From NCBI GenBank assembly GCA_964016885.1, contig OZ024740.1:256804001-256868000 (forward strand): a stretch of 64,000 nt of DNA. Direction: 5' to 3'. A model generated the notes under the pieces. It searched no databases and was not told where the DNA came from. It saw only the letters and a list, made by a program, of their open reading frames with translations. Each line of letters opens with the position of its first letter. Positions within the stretch are counted from its first letter, which is position 1. This DNA comes from Eledone cirrhosa (Eukaryota). Below, one piece after another: positions 1-12,665 of the stretch. The translations under genes were made by a program, and so were the position numbers.

Positions 1-215
1 CCATCTACTAACACTCCCATACCACAGCATACATATCTACCTCACTTTCTCCTCCTAAAAATAATGACACAGAAATTATTACTGCCTCAAAGATAGACAC
101 CTGTTTGTTACAAATGTGTGTGTGTGTTTATAATAATCAATATATTGATTATATAAACATACTCACACTACACACATTTGTAACAAACACACAGAACCAT
201 CTGTACGTGTGTTTG

Positions 216-278
<63 letters not shown>

Positions 279-507
279 ATACATTCTTTTTCGCGCACTT
301 ATTCCTGTGAGAAAAACCACAGACCCTCCATCTCAACTCTACTTTTGAAAAGCAGAAGAACTGCGAAACCGGTAAAGGAACCAAATAAATATATATATAT
401 TTTTTAAAATAAGGCTTCAGTTGCATTTTCGATTTCATCTAATTTTCTTTATATATGTATATATATATAAATATAAACATATATATGTATATATATAATG
501 TTTGCAA

Positions 508-539
<32 letters not shown>

Positions 540-759
540 GTGTGTGTGTGTGTGTCTTTTTTGTATATATCCTGGAGAAAGGTGAAGCACACAAAACATA
601 AAGAGATATGAACATGTATGAAACCGTTAAGATATATTTATTCAAGAAATATTAATGCCAAGTACAATAATAAGTTGAACATAAATAGCTACAGCAATAA
701 CGACAACTACGAATTAATAACATTAGGATCAACAATAGCGTGAATACAAAAAATTACTT

Positions 760-1290
760 TGAAACGTCTTCGATGTAATTACGTGTATTGGCTGAACATT
801 TAATGCAATTACTGTACCTGTAATTCAAGGTTTGCACTTTGAATTACTGGTACATTCCATCTTGTATGCTAGTAAAAGTTGCAGAGTATTCCACTGATAC
901 ACATTTCCTAATTGTAATTCTCATTGAGATTCATCATAACACTGTGTATGACGAGGCTTCTCCTTTGAATCACCAGTACAGTCCATTATGTATAACAGTA
1001 ATGCATTGGGTAATTGCTGGCCTTGTGCCTAAAGTAGAAACAATTATGTATAATAGTGAATGTGGCTGAATATTCCACAAATTCCACTCCTCTTAACGTA
1101 ACTTTCGGGTTGGAGTGGGTGGATTCAGCGTGATACGGTGTGGCAAGCTTTCACTTTGAATTACAGGTATAGTTCGTCTTGTATGATAGTGAAAATGAGT
1201 TTTACACAGATTCGTCTTTATGAAAGGTTATTCTCAGGGAGATTCAATGTGACACTGTGTGACTAGGCTGGCCCTTTGAATTATATGTCC
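760..1290. repeat. Degenerate tandem repeat of ~120-140-bp units related to the SINE family 2 body
   Basis: ttgaattacaggta-like anchors at about 840, 967, 1158 and 1278; reverse complement of 6720-6810; two more units at 20742-20885. Confidence 0.6.
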
Positions 1291-1804
1291 AGTCATTGAA
1301 AGATGCTTTCAAACAGTTTCGGTCTAAGGAGGACGAAAAACAAATAAAAGACGGTGAGGTCACGACATGAATATTTTTTATCATAGATAAGAAGAGTATT
1401 ACTGCTACAACAACAGCAACTACTACTACTACTACTACTACTACTACCACTACTACTACTACTACTACTGCTGATGCTGCCACTACTGTCAACAACAACA
1501 ACACTATCACTACCACCCCACCACTGTATTGTAACGACATCAAGACGTGACCTGAATTGGGCAGTGGTTACTATATCGTATTAATTTGAAAGTGTGTATA
1601 ATTTCATTTCACAGTTCGAGTTTCATGTCTGTTTCTGTTTGCTTTGAGCAAATTGGAAAACTGCCTTCTGACCTTCTATCGTACGAGACACACAAGGAGC
1701 AGGGAAGTGGATTGTCAGCGTAGGAGGTAGTGTTACACACAGATACGTATATAGTAGAAATAATCAAGTGTATATATGTATGTATGTATGTATATTTGTA
1801 TATG

Positions 1805-1835
<31 letters not shown>

Positions 1836-1870
1836 ATATATGTACATATGTATGTATATATATGTGTGTA

Positions 1871-1920
<50 letters not shown>

Positions 1921-1925
1921 CACAC

Positions 1926-1956
<31 letters not shown>

Positions 1957-2237
1957 CTTATGTATGTATATATGTATATATATATGTATATGTGTGTGTA
2001 TATATATATATATGTTTATAATATCATGTATAGGCTTGCTATCATTTGGCATCTGTATTACCTTAATGCATACTATTATTAATTTTCCATGTAATATGTT
2101 TGATATACTCACTTTTAGTAATACCATCTTTATAACAGCTTCCAATGTTTTGCTATCTTTTCAATGTAATATCATTTTATTACTCACGTTTCTCAATATG
2201 ATATCACTGACACTGTTAATAATAATGTATCTTAACG

Positions 2238-2330
2238 AATTTTCTGAAGACTAGGATTGTAATTACTTGTTTAAACAATGTGTATGCTCCGATGGTTCCA
2301 GTTGTCTGGAAGAAACGTTCGTCAGCAATT
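2238..2330 (+). ncRNA. Candidate type I hammerhead ribozyme with long stem II
   Basis: CTGAAGA 2244-2250, GAAAC 2312-2316, gttc, GTC; imperfect stem I aatttt/agcaatt; followed by aataaa. Confidence 0.5.
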
Positions 2331-2519
2331 AAATGCAATAAACAAAAATGTGTTTTATATTCTGTATGCACACACACACAAACACACACACACACAATAT
2401 ATATAACTTGCTCTCTTTGTAATGAAATAGCTCTGTATTATACATACAGAACTCTTTTTCCTTTCCTTTTTCTTATATATGTATATATATATATATATAT
2501 ATTTAATTACATAATAAAC

Positions 2520-3090
2520 AACAAAATATAATTATTCCATTACCAAAGATTTCAGAAAACTAGACGGTCCTTGCGGAGACGCCAAGCTCGTTCATCAGAT
2601 GAAATAGTTGTTTTGGATATAAGATTTAAAATTAATATCTATTAAAAATGAAAGTGAGGCTGAGTTAAAATAACATCTTATAACGGAAACAATATACATA
2701 TACATGTACACACATTTAAATATACATTCATGTACACACATAAAAATACATGCGTGCATCTATACGTGCATCCAAATACATTCTTACACTAGATATATAA
2801 ACACATATACACACATGCATCCACACACACACACAAACACATATACATACATATATATATATATGCTTCGAGCTGTCTCACCTATGTATGTCCTTGTCAT
2901 GTTTCTGCAAGTACACTGTGTACATCTTATGCTATAGACTATATTTCTAGTTTTACAGTTTATCTGGGAGTTCACTTTACATATAACACATTTCTTATTA
3001 GTACAGTGAGTTTTCTTAAAAGGGTATGTTTTGCTGATCAGGGATTTTATGGTAGTTCTTGGCTTTTCTACCACTTTAACCTTTAAGTGG
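2520..3090 (-). mobile_element. Penelope-like element remnant: GIY-YIG fragment plus downstream hammerhead
   Basis: CVIC...NCKTRNIVYSIRCTQC...YIGETARS is the PLE Cys linker and GIY-YIG motif; hammerhead at 2533-2606 on the same strand. Confidence 0.75.
2533..2606 (-). ncRNA. Type I hammerhead ribozyme (PLE-associated)
   Basis: tatttcat-CTGATGA-38 nt-GAAA-tctttg-GTA-atggaata; 8-bp stem I. Confidence 0.65.
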
Positions 3091-3297
3091 AGACAAAAAT
3101 AAATAAATAAATAAATAAAATAAAAATGGCGTAAAGATTACAATACAGTAGGAGGGAACATGATAAAAGTACCACTGATGATGTTGCAGCTGTGCAACCA
3201 AAGAACTTTGTTAGACTATACTGTATATATATATATATTTATATAAATATGTACATGTATATATATTTGTATGTATATATATATATGCACACACACG

Positions 3298-3428
<131 letters not shown>

Positions 3429-3724
3429 GAAAATATAGAAATTATTGTGAGCAAGAAGCTAACAGTATTTCATAATATACAAGTGACTATAACGTCAAAA
3501 TGAAAAATAATTAACGTAAGATATGGGAAAATAATTCAAACTCAATTAAAAAAAAAAAAATCAAGGCAGATTTTATCCACACATTTTGTGAAATCTAGCG
3601 AAAAAATCCAATAGAGTCTTAACTGGAAAAACTACAAATGCTCTATATAGTCTTAAAAATACTATTTCACGAAACTGCTCAGTGGGGATGGTCACGGTTG
3701 GAATCGTACATCAGTAGAGCTCAA

Positions 3725-3756
<32 letters not shown>

Positions 3757-3765
3757 ATATAGTCC

Positions 3766-4095
3766 AACAATGATAATAATAACGAAGGCAAGTTATTTTA
3801 CATATTCATTTCATTGTTTTACTTCTTAAGAAGACGCTATGATCAAACCATATATTATATCTGATAGTATAAAGTTCTCTTACTGCTATAGATCAACCCT
3901 TCAAAACGATCGTAAAACAATGAAATGAATAAGTAAAATAACTTGCCGTTGTTATCATTGTTAAAGTAATATGTAATCTATCCGACTGTGTATCTCAAGG
4001 ATTGAATGGACGAAACATGGAATCTATCTTTGGACCCCACTGAATTACTTGCTAACTAAGTACCACTGAGTTCTAACTACGGTATTATAGACCAC
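3766..4095 (+). mobile_element. Hairpin mini-element (family H), degenerate
   Basis: Imperfect inverted arms 3766-3823 and 3912-3962; (G>A)AAACGATCGTA palindromic stem III; unpaired tail; TA-rich flanks. Confidence 0.5.
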
Positions 4096-4121
4096 ATTGT
4101 ATATTGTATATAAACACACAA

Positions 4122-4190
<69 letters not shown>

Positions 4191-4230
4191 ATTATATATA
4201 TATATTATATATATATATATATATTATATA

Positions 4231-4306
<76 letters not shown>

Positions 4307-4315
4307 CATATATAT

Positions 4316-4457
4316 ATTGTTATACTTTGGGAGGGTCATGTTGCCAATAAGAAACACACGCACCAGTTGCGACATGACCCTCCCAAAGTATAACAATATC
4401 GGTTTCAACACACGATTTCAGATAAAGAATCTTGCTAAACAAATTCAGAAACGAAAT
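4316..4457 (+). mobile_element. Hairpin mini-element family G, copy 1
   Basis: ~29-bp inverted arms plus ~60-nt tail, within (TA)n; homologous to 20503-20720 and 49561-49818. Confidence 0.75.
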
Positions 4458-4472
4458 ACATATATATATATT

Positions 4473-4566
<94 letters not shown>

Positions 4567-7500
4567 GGTGTGAGTGCGTGTGTGTATGTATATACATGTA
4601 GATAATATAGGCAAATAGATAGAGAGATGTGTGCATGTATATATTCATGTATATATATATGTATATGTGTCTATATTTCAGACAGTGTGTGATACTATGA
4701 TGATGACGGCGTTAGTCTATTTGTCTTGTGTTGTCGTTGATGGTGGTGTCGTGGTGGTGGTGTCGTAGATGTTGCAGAAGACGCTAGTGTATTTGGCATT
4801 GTTGATGCAGTTGTTGGTGGGGCTTTTGGTGTAGTAGTCGGTAGTGGTGACGGCGGCGTTGTTGGTGTGTGGAACCTAAGACGATAGCCACTAAAACTAT
4901 GTGAGAGGATGTGCTAGGTACAGTGAGAGGTCAGTGTGTAGACATGTTGGCTAGCAATGACATATCGAGATATGGTGGTTGGAGACACGGTAGCCATATT
5001 TCAACTCTCTCTCTCTCTCTATCTCTTCTATATCTCTCCCTCTTCCTCCTCCATTTCACCTCTTTCTTTAATGTTGTATAGCCATTTCTTTTTCTGGTCT
5101 CTCTCGCTAGGTCTCATTCCACCATAAACATCATCATCATCAACATCATCATAAACACCACCATGAACATGATTATCATCATCATCATCATCATCAATAT
5201 CATTATCATGATCATCTAAGCCACCAGTCATAAACACCACCATTACCATCACCTCTCCGACCTTCATTCTACTTCTCTGTCGTCTCTCATTTCTTCCTTT
5301 ACCCCCTTTCTCCTATATCTCACCCATATACCCCACCATACAGACAGCCAGTCACCCAGCCACCCAGACATCCACCCAGTATACGAAGGCCTGAGGCCAC
5401 CACCAATTGTCTGTAACTTGAGACAACCTCGGTTACTATGTTGGAGCCGAACTGGTGACAACATAGTAGACGGTTTTATACATACACACAACCCACTTAG
5501 TCTAATGGTTAGGGGGTTGTAAACTCGATCATAAGGTTCGATATTTGGTCGGGTTGAAGCGTTGTGTTCCTGAGCAAGACATTTCATTTCACGTCTATTT
5601 TCATGATGGCAATGGTCCCTCTATCATCAAAACATGAAAAACCGTCACCAATATCCATCAACATTATCACTTCACGTCATGACCACCACTAGGCACCATG
5701 ACTACTACGAATAACATCACCCTCTCCATCACCAATACATCACAACCACCACCACCACTAATAGCCATCCGCAGCAACACCACGTCACAACCACACCACC
5801 ACCAACAACACATTATACCCACATAACCACCACCACGTCACAACCACACCACCATCACAATATTTCAACTCTATATTCTTACTAGCGCCAATATTACCAC
5901 CACCATTATTGTGTGTCTATCTCTCTTAAATGGAAGGTGACAATCTATTCATATGTTTGTTATTTTTCGATTGGCGTTCTTTAAACAAACGTCAGAACCC
6001 TCACATAACGACCACATGCCACTACATACCACGACATACCATAACATACCAACGTTAACTACCGCATTCCAAGACCGACTCAAGACACACTTAAGTATTA
6101 TCTAATTACCATGATACGAACACTTTTGTGCTTCTCTATCCTGGAATTCCATTCTAAATAGAGAGACCCCATAATCTTTCGTTTTTATTTTCTCTTAAAT
6201 TCCTCATGTTGTTCTGGTGGCTATACTTCTTATTGCTGTTGTTGTTCTTGTTGGTGTGGCTTTTGTTACTGATGTTGTTGTTGCTGTTCTTGCTATTGTT
6301 AGTATTGTTGTTGTGGTGGTGGTATCACTGTCTCCGTCACTCTAAATAATCCCATTCAATCGTCCCTAATTATCTGTAACCCTTTAAAATAGCTGTATCA
6401 ATGATGTATGTCAATATTTTAGGAATAATTTAGCAGCTTGGTTGGATTAGGGGCGGGGAGCCACACGCCTATCTTACTGAGATACATTCTCCAAATACAT
6501 CCTCATTTCACGGTGTCGGCCATCTCCTCAATCTTCCGCAGGGCCCAAGATAAAATAGTGGTTTAACAATAATATATTAAATGATGGAGTGAAGGTGCAG
6601 GTTGCTCGGTATATGATCGTAAGGCAATGAGTTAGATTTTCGACAGTGCTTTTTGTCCTTGAGCAAGACACTTTTTATATGACATTGCTCCAGCCCACTC
6701 AACTTGTAAAAAATAGTTGTACCTGTAATTCAAAGGGCCAGATTTGTCACACTGCGTTGCACTGAATCCTTTTGGCACTAACATCTCTGTGAAATACTCA
6801 ATCACTTGCACGTTAATTTCAGGGTCAGAATCTTCTGTTGATCGGGGGTCCAACACAGACAAACACACAAATATTAGGGATAATTTAACGAAATTTAAAT
6901 CATTGCCCTTCTTTCTAAAAAGAAAGTAAGTTTCTTTGATAAAAGGATGGGTTAATTACACAGACATTAGTTCCAAATGTTAACCCTCTCTCACCTTTCG
7001 GCACAACGAGTAAACCTTACGTGCCAACAAGGAAACGTCTATATGGTAACTTTGTCTTGCTAGAAATAGCAACCAAAACGTCATAACACACCTTGTTATA
7101 TTTACCTTCAAACAGAACTGACAATCATCAGGTCTGTCATATGTTCGATTTCTGGGTACTGATGGGTCGGGCGGCGTGTTGTATTCTTCAGCAAAATACT
7201 TTATTCCATGTCTCTTCTTCTGTCTGAAGAAGAGAAATTGTTTCCTTGGCCCGATCTTAGTGAATCTCAGTTCCTTTCCTGAATTCTATTGTACATAACA
7301 ACAACAACATTTGCCAAGAAAATGAATGGTGACTGTAGATGACATATCTAATGTAAGATACTTATTTGAAGTATGCTTAGTCGTGTTGGGGAAAATTTAC
7401 TTTTTATCGATTTGAATAAATACACATCTGTATACATACATATGCGATGAAACTCACGTACCCTTTCTGTTTATCTCTCTTTCCAATTTTTCTTTGTGTG

Positions 7501-8135
7501 TATGTATATATATATATATATTCTTACACACACACACACATCCCACTAACACCTCTACTAATACACACACCCTCTCCTCACTCCAACTTTCACACCTACC
7601 CATCCTCTCCCCTGTCCACCGCACCTCCGCACACACTGATACACCGACTTTCTTCACTTACCATTCTCCCCGACTGCTGCTATGCCCTGAATCACTGACC
7701 ACCTCTCCGCGCGCACAGACACAACCCTCCTCCTGCCTTGACCCTCTGACCACTTCCTGTTGCGCGCGCACCCCACATCTCCCCTCTTCCGAGCAACCCA
7801 ACCACGGATTACACACATTAGACATCGCTCCCAAGAATCAACCACATCCCAAGGATATTACCCAGCATTCCACCACATCCTCTACGGAACTACCTTAGGG
7901 ACTTACCCACGGACATACACTCAAACAAATTTTTTTTCCCACACGCCACCTACATCCACAACACGTATACACACCACACACACACACACACGTGCGTACC
8001 ACCACACATTTACACACTCAGCCTCCGGAATCCTCTCCCTCCACCCTTCTGACCTCTCCCCATCCACACACGCACCCCACCCCACACACACCTTTTCCTG
8101 AATATGCAACCCCGTTCTTCCCCAACTCTTACTTT

Positions 8136-8168
<33 letters not shown>

Positions 8169-8291
8169 GTACACCTACACACACACACCACCTTCAGCCC
8201 TCCCCGCTCGGACACCCCGCCCGCCTCTCCCCACTCCACCCGCCACCACCCCTACACGCCTCATAACAAATCGTCCTTTTTATTATTATTA

Positions 8292-8510
8292 AGGGTGGTG
8301 GTTTGGCAGTATCGGTAGAGCGTCAGACACCCTGCTTTGCAGCATAGAGTTCTGGCGCTTTACATTCTGTGTTCAAATCCCACCGAGGTTAACTTTACCT
8401 TTCATCCTTACGAGGTCGATAAAATAAAGTATCAGTCACGCACTGGAATCGATTTATTCGACTTTCCTCTCCCCCAAAATTGCTGGCCTTGGGTCTATAT
8501 AAAAAACCAT
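8292..8510 (+). mobile_element. tRNA-derived SINE family 1 (MetaSINE-like central domain)
   Basis: A-box tggcagtatcggtag, B-box gttcaaatcc, central cctttcatccttacgaggtcgataaaataaagta; many copies in the window. Superfamily label is from memory. Confidence 0.8.
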
Positions 8511-8527
8511 TATATATATATATATAT

Positions 8528-8987
8528 CTAAGGCGGGTAAAATTCCCGAGATCTATAGACGAGTTCTCTCCAGCGGTCTCTGTCCCTCATTATCGCTGCC
8601 ATGTCCTGCGTCTCCAACAGACCAGTGTCTGTCCTTAGGGTATCAACATACGTTAACCTTGGTCTTCCTCTTCTAGTGTGTCCATGTAGGGGCTCCCACA
8701 GGAGCACTGAGTGCAATGTCGACTCTATATGTCGGTGAGCATGTCCAGCTAACCTCAGTCTCCTCTGTGTCACTTTTGAGCTGACTTTTGGGATGCTCCC
8801 ATACAGCTCTGAGTATTTCATCCTCAGTCTATATTGATTAATGTTCAGAGCCATCCTCAGCATTCTCGTGTAGCACTTCGTAAAGACCTGAAAATCCGCC
8901 TCTTCATTGCTGTAGTGGATGGAGTCTGTGCTGCTGTACGGTTCTGAGACTTGGACACTGACCAAGAAACTCACTCAGATGGTGGAT
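8528..8987 (-). mobile_element. RTE/RTEX-type LINE 3' fragment with 5' inversion, inserted in (TA)n
   Basis: - strand CYTRMLRMAL...RRLRLAGHAHRH...LLWEPLHG..RRGRPRLTYVD...DRDRWRE; + strand 8876-8987 LRKDLKIRLFIAVV/ESVLLYGSETWTLTKKLTQMVD. Confidence 0.85.
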
Positions 8988-9020
8988 ATATATATATATG
9001 CGTTTATATGTGTGTGAATG

Positions 9021-9060
<40 letters not shown>

Positions 9061-10167
9061 TTTATAAATAATTCGTCAAACGGACTGAATGCTCTTGATC
9101 TGTGTGCTTTTACGTGTGTGTAGTTTTTAATCATTTTCACGGTACAAGTTAACCCCACTCTATGTGATCTACCGTTTAACACCTTACACACACACACACA
9201 CACACACTTACTCACACACCTAATCACGCACATACACACATACTTGTATTAAGCCGACCAACCAAACACATATCCTCACACACACATATACACACGCGCG
9301 TAAACATAAGGATGTTGTACTGCTGTACATGAAGTAATATGGCCTGGTGGTGAGCTGGTTTAGGTCATGATCATAACGTAATCTGTCCATTCCCAGCCGT
9401 GCGTTCTGATCTTCAAAAAGACATTTTATTTCTGTTGGCTGCAGTAGTCCACTCCCCTGTACTTGTCACGCTGAATCTCCCTAGTGTACACGTGTCTATG
9501 GGATGCTCAGACACTTGTAAACTAATTCCATGTGAAGGATTGTCCCACTGATCCAATCAGCTGGAACACTCGTCGTCGCAACAAACGGAGGTTAAACAGT
9601 GTGTGTGTGTGTGTGTGTGTTTTGTGTGCGTGGGGGGGGGTAGTGGTGTTGCCACCACTGTTGCTGCGGTTGTGTATGTATGTATGTATGTGAGTGTGTG
9701 TATGTATGTAAGTGTGTGTGTATGTGTGTGCGCTGTTGTTACTACTGTTGCATGATGCGTGACAGCCGACAGAGATCCTCGTCTCGACAGAACCTCTTCT
9801 AGACGTCATAAAGACTGTAGCTTTCCCCCCTCACTCTCTCATCCATTCCGGTTCTAATTACTTGTCAGATGCCCCCGTGTCACCCTGTCCCATACCCTTC
9901 TCTTACCTACCAGCACCACACCTTACCTTGCCCTCATCAGACTTTCGAAAACAACCCCGGCTCCTCCATTCGTCCTGCCACCCTTCCAATCTATTGTCTG
10001 TCAATACTTGGTCACGTATTTTGATGTTTCTCTACCTAACAATACGACTTCATAGATAGAGCGAGATGTGTGCTGTTTTATTGTACACACACACACTCTA
10101 TCTCTCTCCCTCTCTCTCACACACACACACACACACATACACACACACACACATTCTATCTCTCTCC

Positions 10168-10198
<31 letters not shown>

Positions 10199-10401
10199 TC
10201 TCTCTCTCACACACACACACACATACACACACACACACAAACAAACACTCGCTCACTTATACAGAATTACACACTTACACAGACAATTAGACACACATAC
10301 ACTGACTTACACGCACATGCACACAAACACACACTTACACATACACACACACACACTCTTATGTATATAAACACATACATTCACACGAACTTGTGTGTAT
10401 A

Positions 10402-10488
<87 letters not shown>

Positions 10489-11052
10489 GGTGGCTGCCAA
10501 CTCGTTTTCGAGTACGGCCACTACTTTATATCCATGTAGGAGAACCCCTACCGATGCGCTGAATAAGTGTGACTTTTTAGTCCAGCCAGCGACTTGAAAA
10601 CTCTGGTACAAACACTACACTTGTGACAATTATTGACACATAGTACTGGGCCCATGGTACCATGTGACGACAAGTGCAGAGAGATCTCCAGATATAAAGC
10701 AATGCCTGTGCTGTGAAGCTTTTATAGTGAGCAAAGGCACTGCACAAAGCCAGTCCCACTCTCTTAACCAAGATGATATTTACCGAAAAGAAGAACAAGT
10801 CAACATCATTGGAAACCATCAGGGTTGCAGGTGTTATATCAGAGTTTTCCTTCTCCTAGAATTCTGCCTTGACAAAGGCTAAGGGGTCATCTCTCCCACT
10901 GATTTTGGATGGCCATTGACTCTAAAGAGCTCCTTTGCCCTTTGACAGGTTTTGTTTTAGTCCTGCAGGATGTCCAAAGTCACCCTCCTCACCAAGAAAC
11001 TTTGGTGGGGTTGCCAGTTTAGTCGCCAACGACTATATATATACACACACAC

Positions 11053-11123
<71 letters not shown>

Positions 11124-11125
<2 letters not shown>

Positions 11126-11345
11126 ACGAAGGGAATGTGGTAAGGAACCAGGTGGACCATAACGCACCAAAGTACTCAATACTTAGGGTAGTAGAGTGGG
11201 TAATAGGAACAAGTAAGACCCCGACGGCTGAGCTCAAGCCGTTTCGACGGCTAATTCTGGACTGGGTCCAGAATTAGCCGACTGGGTCCAGAATTAGCCG
11301 TCGAAACGGCTTGAGCTCAGCCGTCGGGGTTTTACTTGTTCCTAT
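11124..11345 (-). mobile_element. Hairpin mini-element family A, copy 1
   Basis: ~60-bp arms (11203-11262, 11286-11345), 20-bp internal tandem duplication, ~80-nt tail; GAAACGGC-ttgagctca-GCCGTC is a hammerhead 3' half. Confidence 0.8.
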
Positions 11346-11353
11346 ATATATAT

Positions 11354-11401
<48 letters not shown>

Positions 11402-11434
11402 CAAATTTGGACGGGAACAAAACAGAGGCAGACA

Positions 11435-11539
<105 letters not shown>

Positions 11540-11540
11540 T

Positions 11541-11733
11541 AGTTTTAATATAGATGAGATTCTACAGGACTAGAACTGTTTCATTCATTAGAAATCATCA
11601 GGAATCCTGATGATTTCTAATGAATGAAACAGTTCTAGTCCTGTAGAATCTCATCTATATTAAAACTGTTATACTCTGCTATGTATTGAGTACCTTACTT
11701 ACTGTGGTTACCTCCGATTCAACCCGGAATAAC
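11541..11733 (+). mobile_element. Hairpin mini-element family B, copy 1, with hammerhead core
   Basis: Perfect 63-bp arms around a11604; CTGATGA 11607-11613, GAAACAG-ttctagtc-CTGTA; 66-nt tail; in (TA)n. Confidence 0.82.
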
Positions 11734-11743
11734 GTATATATAC

Positions 11744-11784
<41 letters not shown>

Positions 11785-11812
11785 GATGTGTGTGTATATA
11801 TATATATATATA

Positions 11813-11861
<49 letters not shown>

Positions 11862-11868
11862 ATATATG

Positions 11869-11905
<37 letters not shown>

Positions 11906-12282
11906 ACGTGCGCGTGTCTGGTTGTTCCGTCTTTATTTCAATCTTAACGTCGGTGTCTTTTAACTACAACACGAGTTTCTTTTGTTGTTACTCAGGTTGG
12001 CAATAAATTAAGTCAGACATTAAAGACAACAACAACCACAGCACCATACAACAACAACCGTATAAACAAACACTAAAAGAACAACAAAAAAGTATATTAT
12101 ACCTTGGAATACATATATTTATATATATATACGAGTATATTTTATTTTCATGTTTTGTGCCTGTCTTTAGTTTCTTACGTGTTTTAAATAGAATGCTTAC
12201 TACTGCTACTACTACTACTAATACTACTACGACTACGACTACTACTACTACTACTACTAGTACGACTACTACTACCAATAAT

Positions 12283-12665
12283 AATAATTGTTTCTACTAT
12301 TGGCACAATATCCTAGTGTATTACTGGTACACCGTATTACCGTAAGGATGAAAGGCAAAGTTAACCTCAGCTGGATTTGAACTCAGATCGTAAAGGGACG
12401 TAACAGTATCCTGCAAAGCATGGTGTCCGACTATCTTTCGATACTGCCAATCCAAATGGTTTCTTATATAGGCACAAGGCCATCAATTTTGGGGAAGGGG
12501 AAAGTCGATTAAATCGACTCCAGTGCGTGACTGGTACTTTATTTTATCGACTCCATAAGGATGAAAGGCAAAGTTAACCTCGGCGGGATTTGAACTCAGA
12601 TCGTAAAGGGACGTAACTCTTTGTGTCAAAGTATGGCGTCCGACCCTCTACTGATACTGCCAATA
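12283..12665 (-). mobile_element. Two tandem SINE family 1 copies
   Basis: aaggatgaaaggcaaagttaacctc...gatttgaactcag occurs twice. Confidence 0.8.

Noticed and set aside
295-390. CTGTGA...GAAACCGGTA hammerhead-like motif
   Set aside because: Core is one base short and stems I and II are unconvincing.
8292-8390. tRNA genes at A/B-box motifs
   Set aside because: These are SINE heads without a full cloverleaf, followed by SINE bodies.
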